Shown piece after piece: positions 46,962-55,590 of a stretch of 64,000 bases of DNA. The DNA comes from Desulfobacterales bacterium (GTDB taxonomy: Bacteria; Desulfobacterota; Desulfobacteria; Desulfobacterales; Desulfosalsimonadaceae): NCBI GenBank assembly GCA_046540695.1, contig JBKHES010000001.1:25483-89482 (forward strand), read 5' to 3'. Within the stretch, counting starts at the first letter, position 1, and the number at the start of each line of letters is the position of its first letter. A program made the position numbers and the translations under genes. The notes beneath the pieces are model-generated. The model was not told the DNA's origin, made no database searches, and saw nothing but the letters and a program-made list of their open reading frames with translations.

Positions 46962-48092
46962 TTATTCGTTGTTTTTTCCTGTTGATTCAGGCAGCTGTGC
47001 AACTGCCCGGTTGCGTCCTTCTGCTTTTGCCAGGTAAAGGGCGTTGTCTGCTCGTTTAATCATTTCCTCTACGCTTTCGGAAGGGCAATACATGGTCATC
47101 CCGATGGAAATCGTTACCTTAAATGAGTCTGAAAATCCAGAGTATTTTATGTCCTCTGCTTTTTTTCGCAGCCTTTCGGCGAATTCCCTTGCTCCTTGTA
47201 TATTTGAGTCAAGCATGATTACAAGGAATTCCTCTCCCCCGTATCTGGCAATAACGTCTGTCTGCCTCAGTTCACTGCGCAGTTCGCGGATCAAGTGTTT
47301 CAGGATGTAGTCGCCTTTCTGGTGTCCGTATGTGTCGTTTACCCACTTGAAGTTGTCAAGGTCAAAAAGTATGATTGCAATCTGCACGCCTGTACGGTCA
47401 GCTATGTTTTTGTTTCTGTTTAACTCGTGAAACATCTGCCTGCGGTTATAGGTTTTGGTAAGATCGTCCTGGATAGCAATGATTTCAATGGTTTCAAGCG
47501 CTCGGGTAAGTTCCTTGTTCGCGTTTGAAAGCCGGTTTCTAAGGGTGCTTATATAGCCGCAGATAAACGAGAACCAGAAAAGAACTGCTGCAAAAATGAT
47601 AAACTGCAGAATTTCTATTGCAGGATCCACTGTTGCAGGGTGGTTGTAGAAAAGCAAAACCACCACCAGGCCGTAGCTTGCCAGGGAAAAAACCGCAAAG
47701 CCGAAGTACTGGCGAATGTTGAACCTGAATATTCCGAATATAAATGTTACGAAGTATATGAAAATCATCAGCGGCCGTATCCTGTCTGTAAAGTAGATGA
47801 TGGTCATGGCCGCAATGGTGCCTGTTATCATCTGGGCCAGGGTCATGCTGGGATCGTTGAACTTTTTGTTTATTCCGGTGCGTATCAGGACGTAGAAAAT
47901 TAGGTTGGCAAGCAGGAAGATCCCGTAAATAAAAGCTGTTTCCCTCGGGTCCAGGCGTATAAAATCAAGTATGTGGCAGTATAGGATCAGAAAAAGCCAC
48001 AGGAAATAGGTTCCCAGGGCTATAAAATATCGCCTGAGCCTCAAGGCCTGCCTGGGGTCGTCATCAGGGATCAGTTTAAAGGCGGGATTCAT
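46962..48092 (-). CDS. Membrane-anchored diguanylate cyclase (GGDEF) with intact I-site
   Basis: 376 aa with ~6 N-terminal TM helices, an active-site RYGGEEF, and RQTD five residues upstream (RxxD inhibition site). Confidence 0.9.
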   Translation of the reverse strand: MNPAFKLIPDDDPRQALRLRRYFIALGTYFLWLFLILYCHILDFIRLDPRETAFIYGIFLLANLIFYVLIRTGINKKFNDPSMTLAQMITGTIAAMTIIYFTDRIRPLMIFIYFVTFIFGIFRFNIRQYFGFAVFSLASYGLVVVLLFYNHPATVDPAIEILQFIIFAAVLFWFSFICGYISTLRNRLSNANKELTRALETIEIIAIQDDLTKTYNRRQMFHELNRNKNIADRTGVQIAIILFDLDNFKWVNDTYGHQKGDYILKHLIRELRSELRQTDVIARYGGEEFLVIMLDSNIQGAREFAERLRKKAEDIKYSGFSDSFKVTISIGMTMYCPSESVEEMIKRADNALYLAKAEGRNRAVAQLPESTGKNNE

Positions 48093-49444
48093 TTCAGGCT
48101 GCTCTGGATCTGTTCAATCGTATTTTCCACAATCCTGCGGATTTCATCCCTGCGCCGGGCGGATAGCGCTTCAAACCGCATCACAAGGGCCGGCTGGGTA
48201 TTAGAGGCCCTCACAAGGCCCCATCCGTCATCAAAAACTATTCTTACCCCGTCAATATCAATTACTTCATGTTTTTCACACAAAATGTCTCTGGCCCTGT
48301 CCACCACCCTGAATTTTATCTCATCCGGGCAGTCAACGCGGATTTCCGGCGTGTTGTGTGTCTCTGGGACTCCTTCGAGCAGCTGGTCAATTGTGGCCCC
48401 TGTTTTTGAAAGGATTTCAAGAAGACGGCACGAGGCGTATACAGCATCGTCAAAGCCGAAATACCTGTCTGAAAAAAACATGTGCCCGCTCATTTCCCCT
48501 GCCAGGGCGGCCTGCATTTCTTTCATCTTCTCTTTTATCAGGGAGTGACCTGTTTTCCACATAACGGGCCGGCCGCCGTGTTTTTCTATATCGTCATACA
48601 TTGTCTTTGAGCACTTGACCTCGGAGATAAATACTGAGCCAGGTTTTCTGCTCAATATTTCCCTGGCGAATATTATCATGAGCTGATCGCCGTATACTGC
48701 TTTTCCCTTGTCATCCACGACGCCTATACGGTCTCCGTCGCCGTCATAACCGATTCCCACGTCAAGGCCGTTTTGTTTCACCAGTTCTGTGAGATCCCGA
48801 AGGTTGTCAATCACGGTTGGGTCAGCCTCGTGGTTGGGAAATCTGCCGTCTGGTTCGCAGTATATATCATGGACCTCGCAGCCCAGGCTTTTGAGCAGAG
48901 GCACCGCAACCGGGCCGGCTGTTCCGTTGCCGGCGTCAATTCCAACCCTGAGGGGTTTTTCAATGGAGATGTTGTTTTTTAAGTAATTGAGATACGGGGT
49001 AATTGCATCCGCGTGAGAGACGCCCGCATCTGCTGATATAAAATCGCCTTTTTCTGCGATTTCCCGTATTTTCTGTATCTGGGCGCCGTGTACAGGGTCG
49101 GTTCCCATGCATATTTTAAATCCGTTGTACTCCGGCGGATTGTGGCTGGCTGTAACCATTACCCCCCCGTCTGTGTCAAACTGCCTTATGGAAAAGTAAA
49201 GCACGGGGGTCGGGCAGACGCCTATATTTATTACCTCGCATCCGGTTTCAGAAAGGCCTCTTATCATGTTTTCCGCGTATCGGTCGGAAGTCAGCCGGCA
49301 GTCACGGCCCACGGCGATTTTTTTGCAGTGGTTGTCCCTCATGTAGGTTCCTATGGCCCTGGCAAGCGCATAGACCTCGTTGTCTGTTATATCCCTGTCT
49401 GCAACTGCCCGGATGTCGTATTCCCTGAATATTGACGGATTCAT
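48089..49444 (-). CDS. Phosphomannomutase/phosphoglucomutase (alpha-D-phosphohexomutase)
   Basis: TASHNPPEYNGFK (phospho-Ser loop), GYDGDGDR (Mg2+), GEMSGH (sugar loop). Confidence 0.93.
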   Translation of the reverse strand: MNPSIFREYDIRAVADRDITDNEVYALARAIGTYMRDNHCKKIAVGRDCRLTSDRYAENMIRGLSETGCEVINIGVCPTPVLYFSIRQFDTDGGVMVTASHNPPEYNGFKICMGTDPVHGAQIQKIREIAEKGDFISADAGVSHADAITPYLNYLKNNISIEKPLRVGIDAGNGTAGPVAVPLLKSLGCEVHDIYCEPDGRFPNHEADPTVIDNLRDLTELVKQNGLDVGIGYDGDGDRIGVVDDKGKAVYGDQLMIIFAREILSRKPGSVFISEVKCSKTMYDDIEKHGGRPVMWKTGHSLIKEKMKEMQAALAGEMSGHMFFSDRYFGFDDAVYASCRLLEILSKTGATIDQLLEGVPETHNTPEIRVDCPDEIKFRVVDRARDILCEKHEVIDIDGVRIVFDDGWGLVRASNTQPALVMRFEALSARRRDEIRRIVENTIEQIQSSLK

Positions 49445-49532
49445 TTCAGCTCTTTCCTCCGTGGATTTGGTTTTTGCATCTAAAATCAGACTTTTACGAG
49501 AGCATCCAATTCAAATAACAAAAACATTTTTT

Positions 49533-50966
49533 TCATCCCTTGACCACTGCAATGGGCCGCAGTTTTGCAACCTTTTTTGAAATCCCCGAGCCGTGTACAG
49601 CCTCGACAACTTCAGATACGTCCTTGTATGCGTCAGGCATTTCCTCCGCAATTGTTCTTCCGCTTGAAGCCCGGACAATTATGCCCTTTTTTTCAAGTTC
49701 CTGCCGCAGGGATCTTCCCTTTGCCGCCTTTTTTGCAGCCTTGCGGCTCATAACCCTTCCCGCGCCGTGGCAGGTGGACCCGAAGGTTTCGTCCATGGCC
49801 TGCTGAGTGCCTACCAGGACATAAGAGGCGGTGCCCATGTCGCCGGGAATAAGTATGGGCTGCCCGGTATGCCGGAAGGTATCGCTTAGCGCCGGGTGCC
49901 CGGGCGCAAAAGCCCTGGTGGCTCCTTTGCGGTGAACGCACAGTTTTTGTTTACCGCCTTCCAGGCTGTGGGTTTCAATCCTTGCGATGTTGTGGCATAC
50001 GTCATATACCTGCCGCATTGCAAGGTCGCGCGGGCTTATGCCCAGAGTGCTCATAAACGAGTCTGCAGCAACATTCATGAGAATCTGGCGATTGGCCCAG
50101 GCGAAATTGGCCGCGCAAGCCATTGCCCCGTAATATGCCCTGCCTTCAGGGGAATTGACAGGCATGCAGGCAAGCTGGCGGTCAGGAAGCTTGATTCCGG
50201 CCTGGTGGACCTTTTTGGTCATGGCGGCAAGGAAATCGTCGCAGATCTGATGTCCCAGCCCCCTGGAGCCGGTATGGATAAGCAGGGTAACCTGGCCTGG
50301 CCTTATTCCGAAGGCATCCGCTGTTGCAGGGTCATAGACCGCGTCAACAACGCCTATTTCCATGAAGTGATTGCCTGATCCAAGCGTTCCCAGTTGTTTG
50401 CGTCCGCGGTCCAGGGCCCTGCTGCTTACTGCCGCGGGATCTGCTTGCTGCATGCAGCCGCCGTCCTCGGTCCTGTCCGCGTCCCCGGGTTCGCCGTATC
50501 CCTGCTCAATCGCCCAGGGACTGCCCTTTGCGAGCATTTTTTTGAGCCTGGCGTCAGAGAGCTTAATGGGTCCTGTTGAGCCCAGCCCGGAGGGAACATC
50601 CCGCTGCAGCGCGTCTGCCAGGTGCTCGAGTTTAGGCCTTACCTCGGATTCCTCCAGGCCTGTTGCAGCCAGCCTTACCCCGCAGTTTATGTCATATCCG
50701 ACTCCTCCGGGCGAAATTACGCCGCTTTCAATATCGAAGGCAGCCACCCCGCCTATCGGAAATCCGTATCCCCAGTGAATGTCGGGCATTGCCATGGCGC
50801 GTCCCACTATGCCGGGCAACTGCGCCACGTTTACCAGCTGCCTGAACGTTTCGTCCTTTTTTACAGCTTCGATCAGGGCGCTGCTGGAATAAATCCTGGC
50901 ACCAACGTTCATTGCACCGCTCTTTTTTATCTCCCAGCGGTAGTCATCTATTTTCGTCAGTTCCAT
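49533..50966 (-). CDS. rtcB: RNA-splicing ligase RtcB
   Basis: MPDIHWGYGFPIGG, GSGNHF, GSRGLGHQ, HRKGATRA, GSTCHGAGR. I use ATG 50966 (MELTKIDDYRWEI, GGGGG upstream). The track start 50993 would overlap the archease gene. Confidence 0.93.
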   Translation of the reverse strand: MELTKIDDYRWEIKKSGAMNVGARIYSSSALIEAVKKDETFRQLVNVAQLPGIVGRAMAMPDIHWGYGFPIGGVAAFDIESGVISPGGVGYDINCGVRLAATGLEESEVRPKLEHLADALQRDVPSGLGSTGPIKLSDARLKKMLAKGSPWAIEQGYGEPGDADRTEDGGCMQQADPAAVSSRALDRGRKQLGTLGSGNHFMEIGVVDAVYDPATADAFGIRPGQVTLLIHTGSRGLGHQICDDFLAAMTKKVHQAGIKLPDRQLACMPVNSPEGRAYYGAMACAANFAWANRQILMNVAADSFMSTLGISPRDLAMRQVYDVCHNIARIETHSLEGGKQKLCVHRKGATRAFAPGHPALSDTFRHTGQPILIPGDMGTASYVLVGTQQAMDETFGSTCHGAGRVMSRKAAKKAAKGRSLRQELEKKGIIVRASSGRTIAEEMPDAYKDVSEVVEAVHGSGISKKVAKLRPIAVVKG

Positions 50967-50982
50967 TGAAAAGCCCCCGTTA

Positions 50983-51396
50983 TTATACGTCAAAAATTAC
51001 GGTGGCCTCCCAGCCGCTGCCGGATGGTGCGGCTTCTGCGCCGTGGTAGGTAACCGCCTTTATGTCTGTATAAATGACGTGTTTTTCCGGGTCAAAAGGT
51101 TCTGCAAAAGCCTGTGCAGACAGGGCGTTATCCGTCATCTCAACTATCCGCGCGGACCGGAGCAAAAGCTGCTCCGCGCTCCACAAAAACAGCAGTTCCC
51201 TTAGCCAGTTGATGAGAAGATCGGTCAGGTCCAGGCCTTCTATGTAAAGATCTTTTGTTTGTTTGCAGGAAACCCGTCCCGTGTCTGCAATCAATTCGAA
51301 CATGGCCCTGGCTGCTTCTGTGAAAAGGTGCTGCTTGTTTCTGCCCCATACCCGTATGCCGGTATCTGCGGTATGGTCTATTACCCTGTACGGCAT
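50983..51396 (-). CDS. Archease (RtcB activator)
   Basis: 137 aa. The MPYRVIDHTADTGIRVWG N-terminus is diagnostic. It lies immediately upstream of rtcB. Confidence 0.9.
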   Translation of the reverse strand: MPYRVIDHTADTGIRVWGRNKQHLFTEAARAMFELIADTGRVSCKQTKDLYIEGLDLTDLLINWLRELLFLWSAEQLLLRSARIVEMTDNALSAQAFAEPFDPEKHVIYTDIKAVTYHGAEAAPSGSGWEATVIFDV

Positions 51397-53333
51397 CAGC
51401 TGCTTTTCCAGACAGTTTTACCAGTATTGCCGGTATGATATCCGCCCATGGCATTAACCCTTTCCGTGAAGGATTCAGACCTTATCACTTCCAGCATCAG
51501 CGCAATTCTCCCGGTGTAAAAAAAAGCCTCCGGGATTACAAGGTCGTAGGATTCGGTTGCCACCGGGACAAAGTCAAGGCCCAGAGCCTTTGCCGCTGCA
51601 TTTATGCCCAGGCCCGCATCAGCGCTTCGGCCCAGCACGGCGGCTGCCACTGCCATGTGGGTGTATTCTTCTTTTTCATATCCACGTATTGAATCAGGAT
51701 CAAGGCCGGCTGTTTTAAGATGGTAGTCAAAAAGTACCCTGGTGCCTGAACCTGCCTGGCGGTTGATAAAGGTAATGTCTTTTTCTGCAAGGTCGCTTAT
51801 GCCCGAGATGTTTTTCGGGTTGCCGGGGGCGGTTATAATACCCTGCTCTCTTTCTGCCAGCCTCACAAGACGCACGGGGATATCCGGCAGGTACCTGCGG
51901 ATGTAGGAGATATTGTACGTGCCGTCGTTTTCATCCAGCAGGTGGGATCCCGCAAAATGGCAGAGGCCGTTTTTAACCGCCATCAATCCCCCCATGGAGC
52001 CCACGTGGCTTGAAGACAGGGTGAAGCTGGTGCTCTCTGCCCGCAGCAGGTCGGCTATAACGTCTAATGTGTTGTCGTGGCTGCCCACTGCGACGATGGT
52101 TTTTTCAACCGAGCCGCGCGACTTGAGCAGGCGTGCAGCGGTTTTTTCGCCTTCCCTTATGCCTTCCCTGTCAGCCGGGATACGTATGATGCCGTCTGCC
52201 TCGGTGATGCTTGTTATGGTTCCGGCCCCCCTGGGCAGAGTGCTGGCAACGGTGCGTGTGCCCACACTGCCGAGTTTGACCCTTATGAACTGGTCCATGC
52301 CGATTCTGCCGGATATTTTTCTGGCTGGTTCAGCCTCAATGGTTTCATATTCGGGTTCAGGCTGGCCCAGCATGGATGCAATCAACGGAACGGCAAACTG
52401 TTCAAATGCCATGATTGCAGATACAGGATAACCGGGAATTCCGAAAGCGGGTTTTCCGTTTATTACGCCTATTACCGTGGGCTTGCCCGGCATCATGGCC
52501 ACGCCGTGGACAAGGACTTCTCCCAGAGAAGCTATGACCTCTCTTGCAAAATCCTCGCTTCCCGCGGAAGATCCTCCTGTAATAAGTATCATGTCAGATT
52601 CTTCCGAGTATGCGGCCTGTTTTGCAGCCTCTCCTATGAGCTCAGGATCATCAGGCACAATATTGTACCTTGTGTATACCGCCCCGCATTTTTCAGCCAT
52701 TTTGCCGAGCACGTGGGTGTTGGATTCAATTACCCGCCCCGCAGCGAGCCTGCCTGTGGCCTCCTTATAATCAATGAGTTCGGGACCGGTGGGGATAAAA
52801 ACCAAACCGGGTTTTTCTATAACTTTAACTTCCCTGATACCCCCTGCTATAAGCGCGCCGATGCAGTAGGGTGTGATTACGTGATGTCTCGGGAAAAGAA
52901 GTTCAGTGGCCACAATGTCTTCTCCCATTCGGCGGACATTCTGCCAGGGAAACGCGGGCCCCTCGATGCGTATCGTGTTTTCATCCAGGATTTCAACGTC
53001 TTCGATAATTATAACCGCATCCGCGTGCTGCGGCAGCACGTGGCCTGTATTTACGAAAACTGCATCCCCGCCCGTCTTAAGGGTCTTCGGGTTTGTCTCG
53101 CTTGCGCCGAAGGTGTTTTCAGCCTTTACTGCAACCCCGTCCATGGCGGCGGAATGAAAGCCCGGAGAAGAAAGCCGGGCGTAAACCGGCCGGGAAAGCG
53201 CCCGCCCCACGGCATCTGAAACATCAACTGTCTGCCCGCGGGTTTTGGGCCCTGCTGCCAGGTGCCGGAAAACAAGCTGCCTTGCCTCCTGCAGGGTCTT
53301 CATTTTAAGGTATACGTTGCGGGATTTGTTCAT
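51396..53333 (-). CDS. moeA: MoeA-type molybdopterin molybdenum/tungsten transferase fused to a C-terminal PBP-like (oxyanion-binding-type) domain
   Basis: 645 aa. The MoeA core (..AMDGVAV.., ..ILITGGSSAGSEDF.., ..GVAMMPGKP..) is followed by ~235 aa resembling the periplasmic-binding-protein-like domain found on ModE/MoeA fusions (..VGSHD...LSSSHVGSMGGL.. NRQAGSGTR..). Confidence 0.85.
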   Translation of the reverse strand: MNKSRNVYLKMKTLQEARQLVFRHLAAGPKTRGQTVDVSDAVGRALSRPVYARLSSPGFHSAAMDGVAVKAENTFGASETNPKTLKTGGDAVFVNTGHVLPQHADAVIIIEDVEILDENTIRIEGPAFPWQNVRRMGEDIVATELLFPRHHVITPYCIGALIAGGIREVKVIEKPGLVFIPTGPELIDYKEATGRLAAGRVIESNTHVLGKMAEKCGAVYTRYNIVPDDPELIGEAAKQAAYSEESDMILITGGSSAGSEDFAREVIASLGEVLVHGVAMMPGKPTVIGVINGKPAFGIPGYPVSAIMAFEQFAVPLIASMLGQPEPEYETIEAEPARKISGRIGMDQFIRVKLGSVGTRTVASTLPRGAGTITSITEADGIIRIPADREGIREGEKTAARLLKSRGSVEKTIVAVGSHDNTLDVIADLLRAESTSFTLSSSHVGSMGGLMAVKNGLCHFAGSHLLDENDGTYNISYIRRYLPDIPVRLVRLAEREQGIITAPGNPKNISGISDLAEKDITFINRQAGSGTRVLFDYHLKTAGLDPDSIRGYEKEEYTHMAVAAAVLGRSADAGLGINAAAKALGLDFVPVATESYDLVIPEAFFYTGRIALMLEVIRSESFTERVNAMGGYHTGNTGKTVWKSS

Positions 53334-53431
53334 CTGGCAAGCCTGTTTATCTATCCTGAAAAAAAGATTTTCTTGTACCGAAATCTCAAGTCAGGGCCTG
53401 TTGCGGATTTATGGGTTAAATCCCCTGATTT

Positions 53432-54667
53432 TTACCGCAGCACAATCACCTCGACCGGTTCTCCTTTTTCCAGGCCCTCGGTGTTCATGTCGATTTCTAT
53501 CAGCCCGTCCGCCTCCACCATGGTCCTTATCAGTCCTGACGGTCCAGGAACGGGCTCTGCGAAATACCGTCCCTCCTGCTTGACGATCCTGGCGCGCACA
53601 TAATCCGTCCGGCCCTGGGCGGAGGCTATATTTCTGGTAAGAACTGCAGGAATTCTGTAGTTTTTCTCAGATAATAACGCGTTTCCGGCGATATGTCCAA
53701 TAAAGGGCGCAACAACCCTGTCAAAGACAACCATGGCTGAAGCTATTTGCCCGGGCAGGCCCCAGATTGCCTTACTACCGGTTTTAGCCAGTATTGTGGG
53801 TTTTCCCGGTTTCACGGGAATGCCGTGGACCAGAACCCTGGAATCAGGAAGAGATTCAAGTACTTCCAGGGTCAGATCCCGGGTGCCGACGGAACTTCCC
53901 CCTGATATAAGAACCATGTCTGATTCCTCAAGTGCCAGGCTGCAGGTCTTGAAAAGCCGGTTGTAGTCGTCTTCAATAATTCCGTATACGCGGGGGCGGC
54001 CGCCTGCGCGCTCAATCCAGCCGGAAAGCGACCATGTGTTTACGTCGCGAATCTGTCCCGGCGCCGGATTCTGACCTATTTCAATTAGTTCATCCCCGGT
54101 TGAAATTATTCCTATCACCGGTTTTTTAAATACTGTTATCCCGGTTCTGCCCAGGGCTGCAAGAAGACCCATTTCCTGGGGGCGGATCACAGTGCCTGCT
54201 GACAGAACACTGCTGCCGCGGGAAAAATCCTCATCTGCCGCAACCACGTTAATTCCCGGTGCAACGCTTTTGTAGACCTCAAGGGCTGTTTCGTCGAGTT
54301 CTTCTGCGTTTTCCATCATTACCACGGCATCAGCCCCTTCAGGCAGCATTCCCCCGGTGGGGATGCGAACGCACTGGCCCGGCCCTATTTTCAGGTCGGG
54401 AGCATCGCCCATGTTGACTTTGCCTGCAATGCTAAGGTAGGCAGGGGATGACTCTGATGCCCCGAATGTGGAGGCCGCGCGTACTGCATAGCCGTCCATT
54501 GTAGCCCTGGCAAAGCCGGGCAGATCGGTTCCGGAGACCAGGTCCTCTGCAATGATGCGTCCGAGGGATTTCCTGAGGTCAACGGTTTCTTTTTTAACCC
54601 TGTTAAATCCGCGTATAAGTTCAAACACACGGTCAAGGGAGGTGACTGTAAAAAATTCCTTGCTCAT
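53432..54667 (-). CDS. moeA: MoeA-type molybdopterin molybdenumtransferase (stand-alone paralogue)
   Basis: ..TMDGYAV.., ..VLISGGSSVGTRD.., ..GIPVKPGKP... The start is ATG 54667 (MSKEFFTV..). The track's longer start 54760 overlaps the dapF-like gene. Confidence 0.9.
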   Translation of the reverse strand: MSKEFFTVTSLDRVFELIRGFNRVKKETVDLRKSLGRIIAEDLVSGTDLPGFARATMDGYAVRAASTFGASESSPAYLSIAGKVNMGDAPDLKIGPGQCVRIPTGGMLPEGADAVVMMENAEELDETALEVYKSVAPGINVVAADEDFSRGSSVLSAGTVIRPQEMGLLAALGRTGITVFKKPVIGIISTGDELIEIGQNPAPGQIRDVNTWSLSGWIERAGGRPRVYGIIEDDYNRLFKTCSLALEESDMVLISGGSSVGTRDLTLEVLESLPDSRVLVHGIPVKPGKPTILAKTGSKAIWGLPGQIASAMVVFDRVVAPFIGHIAGNALLSEKNYRIPAVLTRNIASAQGRTDYVRARIVKQEGRYFAEPVPGPSGLIRTMVEADGLIEIDMNTEGLEKGEPVEVIVLR

Positions 54668-54683
54668 GAAGGCATTCCTGTTT

Positions 54684-55559
54684 TCAGTTCTGATTCTCAC
54701 GGGCCATGCAGCCTGTCTCCGGCTGATCAAAGAGCTCGGGGTGCAGGAAACCTTCGGCAATGCGGGTGACAGGGCCTGTCATGAACACGGAGTAATCGTC
54801 TCCGATCCGTATATCCAGTTTCCCTCCCGGCATGTAAACGGTTATGTCAGATCCGCATAATCCGAGCCTGTGTGCCACGGCAGCGCAGGCAGAGGCGCTT
54901 GAGCCGGAAGCCAGGGTATAGCCCGCCCCGCGTTCCCAGATTTCCACGGCTATATTTTCATGATCAAGTATTTTTACAAACTGCACGTTTGTGCGGTTGG
55001 GAAAAAGCCGATGGGTTTCTATTTCCGGGCCCAGCCTGCGCGTGTTTTCTGCTGAAATCTCCGGGTTTATGATCACGCAGTGAGGGTTTCCTATGGTGGC
55101 GGCGCAAAATGTTATTTCTTTGCCTGCTATACTCATGGTCTCATTTATAACTTCCCGTTTTGCGCCCGCAACCGGTATAAGTTCGCTGTCAAAGCTCACC
55201 CTTCCCATTTCAACCGAGACAAGGGCCCCTGCATCCATAACCCTTGCAGTTACACTGCCTCCCTTTGTCTCAATTACAAAGGGTTTTTCCGATACCATAC
55301 TGCGGTCATAAAGGTAACGGGCGAATATACGCAGACCGTTTCCGCTTTTTTCCGCCTCGCTTCCGTCAGGGTTGAAAATTCTAAGACCCGTGGCCTGCCG
55401 GGATCCGGGCAGCGGGCCGAACAATATTCCGTCCGACCCTATGCCGCAGTTTCTGTGGCATATCCGCCTGACCCGGCCGGGGTCAATGTCGGGGCCGAAT
55501 TCCTCGGGGCTGATAACAATATAATCGTTTCCGAGCCCGTGGTATTTGAAAAATTTCAT
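54684..55559 (-). CDS. Diaminopimelate-epimerase-fold protein (DapF-like) with both catalytic Cys positions occupied by Ser
   Basis: MKFFKYHGLGNDY, IFNPDGSEAEKSGNG, IGNPHCV, RTNVQF and WERGAGYTLASGSS are collinear with E. coli DapF, apart from CGNG->SGNG and ACGSG->ASGSS. The start is ATG 55559. The track's 412-aa version overlaps the aminopeptidase gene. Confidence 0.85.
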   Translation of the reverse strand: MKFFKYHGLGNDYIVISPEEFGPDIDPGRVRRICHRNCGIGSDGILFGPLPGSRQATGLRIFNPDGSEAEKSGNGLRIFARYLYDRSMVSEKPFVIETKGGSVTARVMDAGALVSVEMGRVSFDSELIPVAGAKREVINETMSIAGKEITFCAATIGNPHCVIINPEISAENTRRLGPEIETHRLFPNRTNVQFVKILDHENIAVEIWERGAGYTLASGSSASACAAVAHRLGLCGSDITVYMPGGKLDIRIGDDYSVFMTGPVTRIAEGFLHPELFDQPETGCMARENQN

Positions 55560-55590
55560 GGCCTGTTTTTCCTTTGCAGTATGTGCGATT

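Noticed and set aside
52077-53219. 380-aa plus-strand ORF opposite the MoeA-PBP fusion gene. A similar long antisense ORF lies at 51913-52431.
   Set aside because: It is antisense to a clearly homologous MoeA gene, and its composition is atypical for real proteins.
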